Of a stretch of DNA of 64,000 nucleotides, positions 1-13,008 are shown piece after piece. Source of the DNA: Tubiluchus corallicola (taxonomy: Eukaryota > Animalia > Priapulida); NCBI GenBank assembly GCA_030141605.1, contig JAQGDQ010001068.1, positions 1 through 64,000 of the forward strand. The letters are read 5' to 3'. Made by a program: the position numbers and the translations under genes. The notes below the pieces were generated by a model that worked only from the letters and a program-made list of their open reading frames with translations, did no database searches and was not told where the DNA came from. Each line of letters starts with the position of its first letter. The first letter of the stretch is position 1.

Positions 1-70
1 ATATATATATATAGTATAATATATATATATATATATTATACTATACTATATGATATACTATATTATTATT

Positions 71-230
71 ATTACTAATTACTAACTAACCATGTGATTA
101 CTGATTACATAATGATAACTATAATCACGTAAAGAAAAAGTATTCTAGTTCAACTTCTTACATTTTCTTTAAGTGATTATAATTATCATTACGTAATCAG
201 TAATCACGCGGTTAATTAGTAATTAGTAAT
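71..230. repeat. ~160-bp foldback (inverted repeat) element
   Basis: attactaattactaactaaccatgtgattactgattac...aagaaaa is the near-perfect reverse complement of ttttctttaagtgattataattatcattacgtaatcagtaatcacgcggttaattagtaattagtaat. Confidence 0.7.
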
Positions 231-239
231 ATGGAATAA

Positions 240-600
240 TGTAATGTGGAATAATTTACCCACTAAAATAAAAGAAGCCAGTAATATAGATAAATTTAAG
301 AAACTTTTAAAAAATATTTACTAGAAAATATGTGATTTCATAAATGATGTAAGATGTAAATTTTTTGCCATAATTATACAATTTTATCGTACCAATCAAG
401 TTTTAATCTTTTTACCGGCACTTTTAGTTTATTTGCACATACTTGTGTGTTTATATTGTACTAACCATATACTATATATTTTCTACTTTTAGCAGTAATT
501 TTACTTTCTGTACATTGTCGATATGTTTTACGATGTTTTTAATGGACAATATAAGTCTCTTGACTTCAGTTCAAAGATGTATTATAAATAAAAAATAATA
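240..600 (+). mobile_element. CR1/L2-group LINE 3' fragment
   Basis: Translates to MWNNLPTKIKEASNIDKFKKLLK, the typical WN.LP...FK..L C-terminus of CR1/L2 ORF2, followed by an AT-rich tail. Confidence 0.5.
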
Positions 601-874
601 ATAATAATATAGTATATCATACTATACTATATAATAGTATAGTATAATATATATAATATAATATAGTACTAATAATATAGTAATCTAATATTTTGTCTAA
701 TTAATTACCTATACGAAATTACAAACACGTGAAATGTTTTTTTACTTCACTATTAAAAATGAGCATATAATTATTGATTTTTTTAAAAATTAAAGTAGGC
801 AAAAGAGAAAGAAAGTCGAACAAATGTGTGCTAAGTCTACGTTAAATCTTTTGTTAATCACGTTTTTATTAAAA

Positions 875-1050
875 GTGACCACTAATCCAAAGGTACCCGG
901 TTCAAATCCTGGTATTGAAGTAATTTTCGCGCCTGTCCCTTTTCACTAAGTTTGTTTGTCAGGAATTCGGTAACTGTGAGTTCATTCGTATTACTAATGC
1001 AATATAAGGTTACAAGTGTCAATGCTCTAGAAGAGCTATTCTAGTTTTCT
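875..1050 (+). mobile_element. degenerate tRNA-derived SINE fragment
   Basis: Pol III B-box-like ggttcaaatcc at ~899-909; no complete cloverleaf. Confidence 0.3.
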
Positions 1051-1126
1051 GTTAGTCTAGTAGTTCCGTTTTGTTCAATTGTGGGAAGCACAATTTTTAG
1101 TGTGCCACTGTTGCTTCATAGGTAAC

Positions 1127-1523
1127 AGTGATGATGATGATGATGATGATGATGGTGATGATGGTGTTGCTAATGGAGATGATGAACAAGATGATGATGG
1201 GCTGATGATGGGATGATGATGGGGTGGCGATTGTGATGATGATGATGATGATGGTGGAGGTGGTGGTGTTGCTGATGGAGATAATGAACAAGATGATGAT
1301 GGGATGACAATGACGATACTGATGGTGATGATGATAATGATGATGATGATGATGACAACAACGACGACAACGACGACGACGATGTTGGTGATAACGAAGA
1401 TGACACAAGACAATGACAGTGATGATAATGACGAAGATGACGACGTCAACGGCGATGATGATGATTGTGGTGGCGGTGGTGGTGGTGATGAATATAAAGA
1501 TAATGATGATGACGACGACGATG
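1127..1523. repeat. (GAT/GGT/GAC)n compound microsatellite
   Basis: Direct reading; explains the homopolymeric ORFs in 1075-1606. Confidence 0.9.
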
Positions 1524-2233
1524 CTAACGTTGTCATAGGTATTTTTTTAAAAATTAAACTAGACAAAAGAGAAGGAAAGTCGAACAAAAGTATGATCTTA
1601 AACTAAACCGTAGTTTTGTCCTTGTAAGATAAACCTAATTAAAGCATTTATCATAGACTTTTGATTACACACAAAAAATATTTGGCTCAAGGTATGCAAT
1701 AATTAATAATGAACTATTTAGGCAAAACCACAAAAATCCTATGGACAATAATACCTCCTTACACGCATACAAATTACCCTAAAAATGGGATGCTTAGGAT
1801 AGATTAATTTCAATTCAAGAGCTATTAGACTAATTATCTAATAGCTCTGATGCCATAATTTCCTGTGATAAGAATTTGATGAATCATTTCTGCGCAATAT
1901 GGGAAACTGGGGTTTTGTTCTCCCCCCCCCCCCCAGCAGTTGGCACGGAATTAGGTGAACGACCGCGCGCGCGCGAGTGTAATGATGTTTGCGTAAGGAC
2001 TTATTTACGCGTGCTGTGTTGTTCGGTACGCATCGCGAAGTTAGAGGATTCTGTGCCATTTTTGAATTATCCAATTTATAAATTATCACAATGAGCTGAA
2101 GAAATTACGTTATTTAAACCAATTAAACGAGTTTTATTAAAACCAGTTAAGCTGGTTGGAAAGTCAAAATGTCAAGATATCATAAGCCGAAACAAATACA
2201 GATAAACTTGAACCTTGGTATAGACAGTACTGG

Positions 2234-3092
2234 TTGCAGGAAGCGAACCTGGCTCCACAGAACGAAAACAGCAATAAACTTAGAACGTATAAACTTTTTA
2301 AAAATTCTTATAAGATGGAAAATTATTTGTTGATTGGTGTTCCAAAACATATCAAAACTAACTTGGCAAGATTTCGTATTAGTGCTCACAAATTAGCAAT
2401 TGAAATCGGTAGATATCATAAGACGAAGCAAATACCTGTAGAACAACGAATATGTAAGGATTGTTGTTTGAACAAAGTGGAGAAACAATCGAATGTAGTT
2501 ACTGAATGCCCACTGTACGCTCGTAGAAGAGAGGAATGTTTTGGCATCCGTTCTGGCTTCTGTCCTAACTTTCATTATACGTCTCCTAATGAGAAGTTTG
2601 CGTTTTTAATTGCGTCACAAGATGTAGAAGTTATTAAAATTAATGCTAGATTTGTCCACAAAACATTTGAAAATAGACCCGACTGAGATAACTTAGTGCA
2701 AGCCACAATCATACCATAATCCTGGTACAGATTATGCTAATCTAGGCATCATTGATAAATCTTTAGAGCTGATGTCAACATAGCGCAATCTATTATCTTT
2801 CTTCCTACCATTTCCACTAACACATCCTTCTACCCTTCCTCTGTGATCTAACATTTCTCCCAGTTCTTCTTTTTTGTTCACTCATCCATTCTTTTTTTAT
2901 CGGGTTCACATGACAGTGGGCTTATACAAGCCTTTGCTTCTCTAACCCACTGCAGTACATTTATTCTTTTATGATAACGATAGTGTATAAAACATAACAA
3001 TTTAATACAGTATGGCGTAATAATTTTGATGTCGCTGTGTGCTTAATGTCATTATATTGTACTGAATGTGATAATAATAATAAATAAATAAA
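2234..3092 (+). mobile_element. non-LTR retrotransposon 3' fragment (RTE-X/CR1-like C-terminal Cys motif) with 3' UTR
   Basis: KLRTYKLFK..ENYL...LARFRISAHKLAIEIGRY...EQRICKDC...ECPLY matches the conserved end of invertebrate LINE ORF2; (aata)n tail near 3075-3092. Confidence 0.75.
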
Positions 3093-3907
3093 ACAAGCCT
3101 CATTGACTACTGACTAACTGCATTACATAATAATTATGTAATATTAAGTTTATAATATATAATTATGTATGTTGATCTGTTGTAACTTCTGTCAAGAGGG
3201 CACCTGACACAATAAGCGTTAACACAGTTTCGTTGTGCGCACGCGCAGTTACTTTAGGTCATAGGTTAAGTATACCGAGCAACGCGTCTTAGCAACAACC
3301 GTCACGTGACATGTGGGTAAAGCAAAGCATCAGTTCAGTAGCCTCAGTTGTTTTACGTGAACTTTACTTAACTATGCGTTTGTCAGTGCGGAGACTGATT
3401 TACTAGCAGGATCTTGCTTGGGAACAAGAAAAGATGAACTAGGTAAGATTCTACAGCTAGCACTTGTCCATCTTCTTAACTGCTTTTGCAATAGCATGGG
3501 CTGCGAGGCGTTATCAAGTGTACGCAAGTACGTTGCTATTACACTTAACCTTTGACCTTTTCACAATCATTATCAATCGCTGAAACTGTAAAATACTTTT
3601 CCTAAATAAAACCTAAAATTCGCCTTCAAATTTAGTACCATTTACATACTGTTTCATTGCATAAAGAGCTTGCATTAGTAGCGACGCTGTGTAAAACTGA
3701 AATACCATCACCATTTGGCGCAGCTATTTTTAAAATAGGTTGTCTGAAAATAAGTTTAAATAACGTTGAGTAAAGTTTGGAAAATAATCAAAGCACAGTT
3801 CAAATTACTTTATATTCTTAGTAAAAGATCAACAATGTATTTTTTGGTGAATCAATGGTGCACGCTGGGATAGTGATCGATGCAGTGACGTTCTACCAGT
3901 TGGTTCA

Positions 3908-4048
3908 GAACTATGAATTCATTTTCACACATCAAAATACAATTTCAAACACATTAATAAACTTTTAATAAAATAATTTGAGTAGTGCGAGGTGAGTGTA
4001 CGACCAATCGGTCATTAACACACTCACCTTACTTAAATGAAAAAATGA
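3908..4048 (-). mobile_element. solo 3' tail of the LINE at 33.3-36.1 kb
   Basis: Reverse complement matches ~35965-36105, including the aggtgagtgt...acactcacct hairpin and the catagttc tail. Confidence 0.8.
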
Positions 4049-4278
4049 CTATAGTTGTGTATGCTTCTGTAGATAACTTAATGTAAACGCAGTACAGTAC
4101 AGGCAGGTGCTGCCATCTATCAAGTGTAAAACTTAATACATAACTCAAGTAATTAATAAATAGTTATAAATCAAGAAATTACCAGGCATTACTTCCAGGT
4201 TGTAAATTAATCAGAAACTAATCACTGATTAGCGTTAATTAGTACTTGGAATTATTGGACTGCGTATTTATCTTTTAA

Positions 4279-4812
4279 AGGAAAACCGGACGATTGTTTA
4301 GACTCAATCTCATTTCAATTTACTATCCAAAATATACAATTCCTTGCCTATAGAAGTTAACAATTGTTTCTTATGTTTGAATAATTGGCTTAGAAAGTTA
4401 ATTAACGGCAACCGAACACAGCTATTGCTTACGTCAGAAACTAAAGACAGTTTGTGCAATGGCAGGCATCTTTCCTTACGCGTCAAGTACATTTGCATAA
4501 GTGTTACAGCTTAAACGCCTGATGTCGCGAAAACGTCATATGACATCAGAAACTAACACTGCAGTTCATGATCATGTTTATCACGGTACTGCCTTCTATA
4601 TGGCGGCTACACGAATGTGACAAAAAGGCGCCGCTGCCAATCTTAGTAGATTCGCTGAGCCGCGTGTAGCTTCGAAAGTTTAACGAAATTTGAGTATCGG
4701 AGGTAATTATTATTTAATCTAAGTTTTGATTTAAAAAAGCTATTGTAGTTTTCAATATTTTTAGAGCATTCTTCATTCTGAACTAAAGTCTACGCAATAA
4801 TCCGGTTTTCCT
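4279..4812 (+). mobile_element. Kolobok-type MITE, family A, copy 1
   Basis: TTAA|aggaaaaccgga...tccggttttcct|TTAA terminal inverted repeats with TTAA duplication; homologous to 41038-41576 and 49460-50003. Confidence 0.85.
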
Positions 4813-5324
4813 TTAAGATTGAATTAAAGCTGCCGTGTTCACGTGGAATTGATTTTTCTAGTGGACATGACTTTATACTTGTTAAAACCCGACCTTCCGA
4901 TCAGATTTGGCTTCGATTTTGAAAATTCAAGCAATTTTGGGCTGACTCTGCCTTAATAAAGTGTACCAGCAGTCGTAGTAAAGAAAAGGTGTTTAAAATA
5001 AGTGATTTTGATCAAATTATTGATTAAATTAGTAAATTAATGATTCAAGACTAAACACTTGACGATGTATGATTAAATCATCGTCTTGGCTAGAAGCCCA
5101 GTTAGGTGTGGCATATCACGTGATGATCAGCTGATGTTCGACCGGCTGAGTCAGAAGTGAAGATTGATGATGTAATCTTTATGCGCAGAAGCTCAGTGCG
5201 CATTGAGTAGTTAGACAAAAGGAATTTGAGGCCCGCACCTCTTGAAGACGGAGGGCTACCATTACTATCCTCTTATGTATACCGTGTTGTGTTTGATCTT
5301 TAATAAACGTGCAGTTTGCTAAAT

Positions 5325-5600
5325 AAAGTCTTGAGAATTTGCCATGCCCTTCGTGGCTGTTCCACACGCAATCTTCACGCAACAAAGTCTTGACAGTTTG
5401 CCATGCCCATCGTGGCTGTTCCACACGCAATCTTTGAGCAACAAAGTCTTGATAGTTTGCCATGCCCATCGTGGCTGTTCCACACGCAATCTTCACGCAA
5501 CAAAGACTTGATAGTTTGCCATGCCCATCGTGGCTGTTCCAAACGCAATCTTCACGCAACAAAGTCTCGATAGTTTGCCATGCCCGTCGCGGCTGTTCCA
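5325..5600. repeat. 59-bp tandem repeat, ~4.7 copies
   Basis: Unit aaagtcttgatagtttgccatgcccatcgtggctgttccacacgcaatcttcacgcaac starts at 5325, 5384, 5443, 5502 and 5561. Confidence 0.9.
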
Positions 5601-6559
5601 TACAATGAACAACAATAACCAGCAAGCAGCTATAACCACTTTCATCAGTAACAAATAATATTTTACTACCGTCTCGCTGTTCTGGCTTATCAGCCTAGTT
5701 AATTTAAGCCCTAACTACAAGGTTGCTAATACGTTCTGGCCACTAGCAGGGGTTCCGGAACTACAAAGGTCAATGTAGTTAGACACCTGCAGCGGAATCT
5801 CTAAGGTGTTTGAAGAAAGGCGCCAATTGTTAGATGTAATCAGTGCTAATTACAGGTACGGCGTGACCAAGTACCATATGAACACTTTTAAGCCTTTTGC
5901 TACACGTGTTTTAAGTAGTGGTTCAGTGATACCTGCGCTTAGATTTCAGAAAAGTTAAAGCAAATCCGCGGACAAAATCTTAAGCTGCAGGTCAAAACAA
6001 TCTACTCTTTACACTATCGAAAGGAAACATACTGTTTTTTTTTTCAAAAATGACTTACATGAAAGAATTATTACCACGCAAACACAATTTCACGTTTGTG
6101 CCACTAGTTCTTCGCTGTTACGTGCATTTTGCCATTCGCTAGTTAGACGGGCACTAGCGCCTGCATTTCGGAAACGTATTGCACAAAAACAGGTGCTGTA
6201 CCTCTCAGTTGAGATGTGTCAGTTTGTGACGAATTACGCGCATTCCACAGCTCAAGTTCAAGCACAGCGGTAAATTTGAATGTTTATCTTAAAACATGCC
6301 TAGTTTTAGTACAACGCACTGACTATCGTAGAGTAGCACTGTACTTCATGTTTTGCTTTCGCAAACACGTGCAACACGCTCGTGGAATACTTTTGTTGTT
6401 AAAAATTGTGTTCTTTTGTGAGGTCATCGATGGTTTGGCTCGCTCGCGGTTAATTAAGATTCTAATCTATTATTTAATTATCAGAAACGCTTTTGCAGTA
6501 TTAATCATGTTGAAATGTATAGTTTTATTGGACTTGAAAATGGGATAGTATTTGAGAAT

Positions 6560-6990
6560 ATTAGGGAAGACAAGGGGAGAGACAGGGAGACGAAGAGAAA
6601 CGGAGACACATCGAAAGGAAGAGAAAGGGAGACATGGAGAGGAAGAGAAACGGAGACACAGGAAAAGGAAGACAGAGGGAGAAACAGGGAGACGAAGTGA
6701 AAGGGAGACACAGGGAAAGGAAGAAAAAGAGAGAGACAGGGAGAGGAAGAGAAACAAAGATACAGGGAGACGAAGAGAAACGGGGACACAGGGAAATGAA
6801 GAGAAACGGAGACACAGGGAGAGGAAGAGAAAGGGAGAGACAGGGAGAGGAAGAGAAAAGGAGACACGGGGAAAGGAAGAGAAAGGGAGAGATAGGGAGA
6901 GGAAGAAAAAGAGAGAGGGAGAAAGAGACAGTGTGTGAGAGAAAATGGGCGACAGTCAGTCAGACAGACAGATAGACAGACAGACAGAGA
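6560..6990. repeat. purine-rich minisatellite (gagacacagggagaggaagagaaa-like) plus (gaca)n
   Basis: Direct reading. Confidence 0.8.
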
Positions 6991-7895
6991 CCGATTGAAA
7001 GGAATTACAGATGCAATGTTTGAAGTAGATACATCTTGAATAACCTAACTTTTTCATAGTTACAACGTGAAAAGAAGATCTTTATAGGGCGTGCGTGCAC
7101 GCGTGTGCATGTGTATGTGTGTCCGTGCGCGTGACAATTCAGCCACCGCCAAGCTTATTAGCTTATGTTATTGTTGTACAAAATCTAATTGAGGAAGAGA
7201 ACTCGATACAATGTGAACCATTCTTCACACAATGGCTGGCGAGTGACAATGGACAAAGGCTAGAACAATGCAAGTTCAACGTTAGAAAGTTCTGCAAATA
7301 GCCAATTTAGTAACAAACAAATTCATTTCTTCCGGCGGAAGTGACGAAACACCAATGTGTCGTTTCTACGAAGAATTTTCCCTGAGGTCTGTCCTTTTTA
7401 CGATTATGCAAGAAAAGGCTGAACAATAACAATGTCGTTATTAATGTCAGTCGAGGTCACCAGGTCAACACATCAAAATTTAATTCCATTATACTTGCTA
7501 TCTTTTGAAATTGACTTTTTTTACTAGGCTAGGTAATTTAAAAGTAGAATATCATGTTTACTATTAAATTTGATATTTTTACATAATTGTTAAAGTCTTG
7601 CACATTGAGAATACCAAAGCTGTCCTACTATGTAAATAACAGTCGAGTAAATTTAAGATTTAAATTTGGTTGTACTGTAGATCTAAACGAAAATGTAAAT
7701 TTAACGGTTAAGAACTCATTTAAAGATTATGTTTTAAGAAATCTATTATAGCTCCTTACAACACTGTATACTGTAATATAATTACAAGGGTACCGAAATG
7801 AGTGGATATTATAAAGTTGAATTTCTGTAGGTATGTTACTTTACTAACATCCTTATGTCTTTGTAACCTGTATACTTTTATGTGAAATAAATTCC

Positions 7896-8225
<330 letters not shown>

Positions 8226-8847
8226 AAGAACATACTGGTAATGAAAATGTCGTTTATAAATTATTATTAAGAAAAAAATTAAAACATTGTTAGATAATGG
8301 TGACAAAACTAGATAAGAATTCAAAGTAAACCCTTTGCCATTTTACCATTTTGCAGTACCATTAAACTCTACACAGAACAAACACAAAACACCACGCCGT
8401 AGTTGGTTGGCAACTCAAATTATGATACTCTTTTAAAACACTTAAATTACTGAAAAAAACTCGCAATAATAGCTGAATGATGCAAAATTATATGTGAGTT
8501 CAGAACGCTTATTGTGCATGAATAGAAAAAATAATTGACAAAAGTCTTTATATTGATACCATCTGTTACTTTTCATACAGGCATGAAAATTGACGAAGCT
8601 GTTCCTAATATGACGTTATATCCCAAATGGGTAGCTGAAATTATGATCCCTTTTTAAAATACTTAAAACTACACCCACATATGAGGACATGAGGCATCCC
8701 CCACGCGAAAATATTAGAAGCCGTATTTTTAATTGTGTGATTTTTACTAGATTCGATGCAGCTAATATATATGGTTATTTAGTACTTTCTAGTTGTGTGT
8801 AAACGAATGCTTACATTCACATGAATATTATAATTTTATATATGTGT

Positions 8848-9263
8848 CATATCACGTTGAAAACACCGGTGGTTCAAGGATCAGACTGCTCAGGCACAGT
8901 TCGATGCTGCAGCTCCATCAACGTGATCGCACTGCTCAGCCACAGTTCGACGCTGCAGCTCCATCAACGTGAACGGACTGCTCAGCCACAGTTCGACGCT
9001 GCAGCTCCATCAACGTGATCGGACTGCTCAGGCACAGTTCGATGCTGCAGCTCCATCAACGTGATCGGACTGCTCAGCCACAGTTCGACGCTGCAGCTCC
9101 ATCAACTTGATCGCACTGCTCAGCCACAGTCGACGCTGCAGCTCCATCAACGTGATCGGACTGCTCAGCCACAGTTGATGCTACAGCTCCATCAATGTGA
9201 TCAATAACTGACTCTCTTGGCACACACTCCATAGTCTTCCGAGACGGAAGGATGCCAACAATA
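8848..9263 (+). mobile_element. internally deleted 5S-derived SINE with a 7 x 46-bp internal tandem array
   Basis: catatcacgttgaaaacaccggt (5S 5' part) is fused to ggttcaaggatc; units start at 8879, 8925, 8971, 9017, 9063, 9109 and 9154; same 3' tail as the other copies; candidate TSD atatatgtgt at 8838-8847 and 9264-9273. Confidence 0.85.
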
Positions 9264-9273
9264 ATATATGTGT

Positions 9274-9975
9274 GTTTGCACAGCAAAATTGTCCATAAGT
9301 TGGCAATAAAGCTTTATTAGCTATTCTCAAGGCCCAGAATCTACATTTCCTGAGGATTATTTTGATACCAAGTTCATCGCTCTACGTTATTTCTAAGCTG
9401 AGATAATCCACATTGAAGTTGAGGTGCAGGCTGCACACTGAAAAACATAATCTTGAGAAAATCACTGTTAAAGTTAGCCATTGTTTTTTGTCACGTTTCT
9501 ACAAAACACTTAGCAACCGTACGAAAGCGTGGTTGCTATGGATTTTACAAAAACAAATTGAAGTTACATTTATATCCAGTAGATGGCTCTTCCAGACGAA
9601 GATCTGGTCTTGTCAACAGAAAAAGCTGAAGCAAAATGGCGGATTCCACGAGCTACAATCGGAATGTACAAGTTTTTTTACAATTGCAGCACTGGTTTCT
9701 ATCCAGAAAGATTACAAAATCATTTGAAATTAGACTAGTATTTTTTGAACATTTTCTTGATAATTTGATGCTAGAATGCAATTGTCTAAAATATTTCGCT
9801 TTGGTTTTTATAAAAAGCAAATAAATTGGCATTAAACCAAATATTTCGTGCATTCTTCTTTGAAGCACCACAATGTAGTTTTAACTATGCCAACTTAAGG
9901 ATGGTTTTGGTTTGCAAGCACACTGACTTCACAGGCTTTTTGTACAATCGCGAAAAAACATTAGCTGATAATGCA
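9274..9975 (+). mobile_element. interspersed repeat family D (unclassified non-autonomous element)
   Basis: Homologous to ~22800-23505 (inverted) and ~27310-28165; the spurious ORFs at 9413 and 23356 both read MKLRCRLHTE. Confidence 0.7.
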
Positions 9976-10165
9976 GTTTTGGTTTGCAAGCATACATGTA
10001 GTTTTACCGTTTATGCCAAATTTCTATATGAAATATATAGGCTTATTTTTGTACCGTATTGTATGTATTTTAGATGTGTATGTGTATGTGGAGAAAGAAT
10101 AAAATAAACAAGTTAGATAAACAAAATAAACAAAATAAACTAATGCGCTGTTTTCTTTTTTGCAG

Positions 10166-10267
10166 GAGATGATTACGGAACGCTGTCATTGGGAGGGAAA
10201 ACCTGGCGGCCATTTTGGTGGCACGAGGCCGGCTCTGATTGGCCAGAAACAAATGACGTATTGGAAG
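10166..10267 (+). CDS. gene 1 internal coding exon A (Cys-containing globular domain)
   Basis: ttttttgcag acceptor and gttaga donor; DDYGTLSLGGKTWRPFWWHEAGSDWPETNDVLE; phase 1-1; the upstream ATG exon was not identified. Confidence 0.75.
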
Positions 10268-10953
10268 GTTAGACTTTATCGTGTTCTATGGTCTGAAAGT
10301 AGTGCGTTTTAATATTTCAAGATTTTGTTCGAAAGAACTGTACAGTGAATGGGGGAGAGTTGGTTTTGCATTCATTTGTTAACTGAGTTGTTATGAAACG
10401 TTTGTTATGGAACTTTTGTTATGGAACTTTATTGCAAATTGAAAAATTTTATTGCAAATATAGTAAGTGCCAATGCTTTTTCACACGAGCCATCTAAATA
10501 AAACCTAGCAAGAGTTATGATAATTTCCCTGACTGTAATGTTTACGTGAATGGATGAATTGCTCAAGATAGCTTTCTATTCATCTTAAAATTGAAGAGCG
10601 CCATCTGTTATGCTACAACATAAAATTTTTTAATTTGCTACAGAATTTCGGGAAAAACTCTTACATGAGCAGTAAAACTGTGTTTCCAGTGATAGTCTAA
10701 CATTTGAGATTTACATTTAGTTTCGACAGTCAATATGCATTACGCATTACGGATCACAGATCACGCATTATGGATCACAGATCACGCATCACGCATTACG
10801 CGCATATGGAGTCCTAGCTTAGTACAAGAAACACTCCATTTTTCTTGGATAGACCACAGAGAAAGTGTTCAGTAACATTCGATCTATTAATCTGTACAGT
10901 AAACCAAAGTTGTTTAGACCACTATAACTCACACTTTTTCTTGTTTTTTAAAG

Positions 10954-11068
10954 GTGCATATGGGGCTTGTGAGCCACAGCAGACCACGTGTTTTGGGAGA
11001 CTTCCTGCCCAGCTTAAGGAAGACTCGACAATGCTCTTAGCGAAAGATTCTCAGGGAAACGTATTCAG
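10954..11068 (+). CDS. gene 1 exon B
   Basis: tttttaaag acceptor and gtattc donor; GAYGACEPQQTTCFGRLPAQLKEDSTMLLAKDSQGNVFR; phase compatible with exons A and C. Confidence 0.8.
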
Positions 11069-11333
11069 GTATTCAAACGCATAAGTGATTAATTATTAGC
11101 ATTTCAAAAAAGAAAGTTATTGTGCTCATCCATTTTTTGCAGAAAGAAAAAAACAGAAATATAAGTTTGCGAAGAGTAAGAGCATTATGATACTTTTTTA
11201 CAATATGGCGCACGGCAAACTGCATCCACGGACTTTCATTGGACATTATCCATGGGACAAATTTTTCTACCCAATGTTCACGTTTGTGTGGACACAGTCC
11301 TGGTTTATTTTTTTATTATTTACTACAATATTT

Positions 11334-11817
11334 CATATCACGTTGAAAACACCGGTTCTGATCTGATCACCAAAGTTAAGCAATGCAGAGCCTTGTTAGT
11401 GCTTGGATGGGTGACCGCCTAGGAATACCAGGTGCTGTAGGCTTGCAGGACGCCCACATTGTATCTCAACACTAGGCAGAGGAACTGCACAAGCAGCCAA
11501 TGGCTAGAGGGCAGAGAAAGTCAAGAGACCTAACGGCCATGTGTAAAGGAGTAAACCTTCCAAATCAGGAGTGGAGCCCCAAAGGCGGACCAGGGCAGCA
11601 TGCTCACTGACTCCGGCAGCTCCTGCAGCCAACCTGATGCCAAAGATCTCCATGCACCTTGCCCAGGCGTGCGCCCTGGAGAGGCCATTCCAGTGGTTCA
11701 AGGATCGGATTGCTCAGCCACAGTCGATGCTGCAGCTCCATCAATGTGATCAATAACTGACTCCTTTGGCGCACACTCCATTGTCTTCCGAGACAGAAGG
11801 ATGCCAACAACAACAAC
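11334..11817 (+). mobile_element. 5S rRNA-derived SINE (SINE3-type), copy 1
   Basis: ~11334-11444 is a near-complete invertebrate 5S sequence (box A agttaagc, box C tggatgggtgaccgcc, end gctgtaggctt), followed by a ~370-bp body shared with 43231-43792 and a (caa)n tail. Confidence 0.9.
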
Positions 11818-12744
11818 TATCATATTTATTTAAATAAGTATAATATTTATATATATTTATTTTAAATATTATATTTATTTAATTATTTTTTATTTTATAA
11901 TTATAATATGTCTACTAAAAGGTGTCAATAGACTTACACTGTCCACTAAAAACATCGTAACATACATCGACAATGTACAGACAGTAAAATTACAGCTAAA
12001 AGTATAATAGATGGTACATGGCTAGTACAATATAAACCCACAAATACGTGCAAATACATTAAAAGTGCATGTAAAAAAGATGAAAACTTCATTAGTACGA
12101 TAAAATTGTATATTTATGCTGAAAAATGTTACATCTTACATTATTTATCAGGCCGCATTTTTCAGAATATATTTTTCTTAAATTTATGTATGATACCGAG
12201 TTGATTTATTTTACTGGGTAAATTTTTCCGCATTTCAGCACCATTATACATGGCAGCAGGTTTTATAACACTAATTTTTAATTTAATTCGATTCAAATTC
12301 AATTCAATTGATTTTGCGTTTAGGAATATGGAATTTGTGGTATTTGTGTCGAGTTTGGCATGAATACACCACTGCTAAGAATTTAACATACGGTGATACA
12401 TATTAGGCAAAAGATTATTAATATATATGTGTATAAACAAGTTAGTTGGCATATTGACCACCTTTGTTGCTGCTAGTATTCTCAAATTTTTGAAAAGATT
12501 ATCAGTGTAACCTCTGTAATGCGAGGTGTGTCATTAGATAATGATGATGGCGATGATGATGATGACGACGATGATAACAACAATGACAACAACAATAAGA
12601 AGAAAAAGAATATTAATATTTTCATTTAGGACACAGTCCGGGGATAACACTTTAAATAAATCAATACTTATTTCAAAGATGGTCCCAATTATTATTACGC
12701 AGACGTCACTTCAATAAACCCTCATGCTTGCTCGAACAACCGTC

Positions 12745-12927
12745 GATACCATTTTTAAGTGTTTGGCTCGACTCGGTCAGGACTTGAACCCGCGACCATC
12801 GGGTTGTGAAACAAGCACACTACTTGGTCAAAGAAGCAGTGGTACTATTTTTTGTCTTTGGTATGACCTGTCAGGATTTGAACCCGCAACCGCCGGGGTG
12901 GGAAGGGAGCGTGCTACCATTAAACTG
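12745..12927 (-). mobile_element. two adjacent tRNA-derived SINE head fragments (Meta-domain-like)
   Basis: Minus strand shows B-boxes ggttcaagtcc and ggttcaaatcc, each followed by a gtcataccaaagac..aaaaat(g/a)gta-like core. Confidence 0.55.
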
Positions 12928-13008
12928 TACGAACGGTCGAACCATTAGTACTATAAGAAAAGTTGACATTTTTTGCGCACGGAAAAGCAGCAATTAAAAT
13001 ATTAATTA

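Larger units (their letters stand above)
3230..6550 (+). mobile_element. long non-autonomous DNA transposon (family B, Kolobok-like terminus) carrying nested insertions
   Basis: 3230-3515 and 6165-6550 are joined directly in the shorter copy at 46555-47244; the right part recurs at ~15634, 20855, 28860, 32570, 50673 and 56232. Confidence 0.55.

Noticed and set aside
8581-8660. Possible upstream coding exon of gene 1 (tttcatacag|gcATG...)
   Set aside because: No signal-peptide character and no convincing phase-1 donor
8879-9198. CRISPR-like appearance of the regular arrays (also 5325-5600, 55158-56006, 61018-61483)
   Set aside because: Units are contiguous with no unique spacers, there are no cas genes, and the context is eukaryotic
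11334-11444. Functional 5S rRNA genes here and at 43673-43790
   Set aside because: The 5' end is clipped or substituted, there is no oligo-T terminator, both are fused to a shared body with a retroposon tail, and one has a TSD; these are SINE heads
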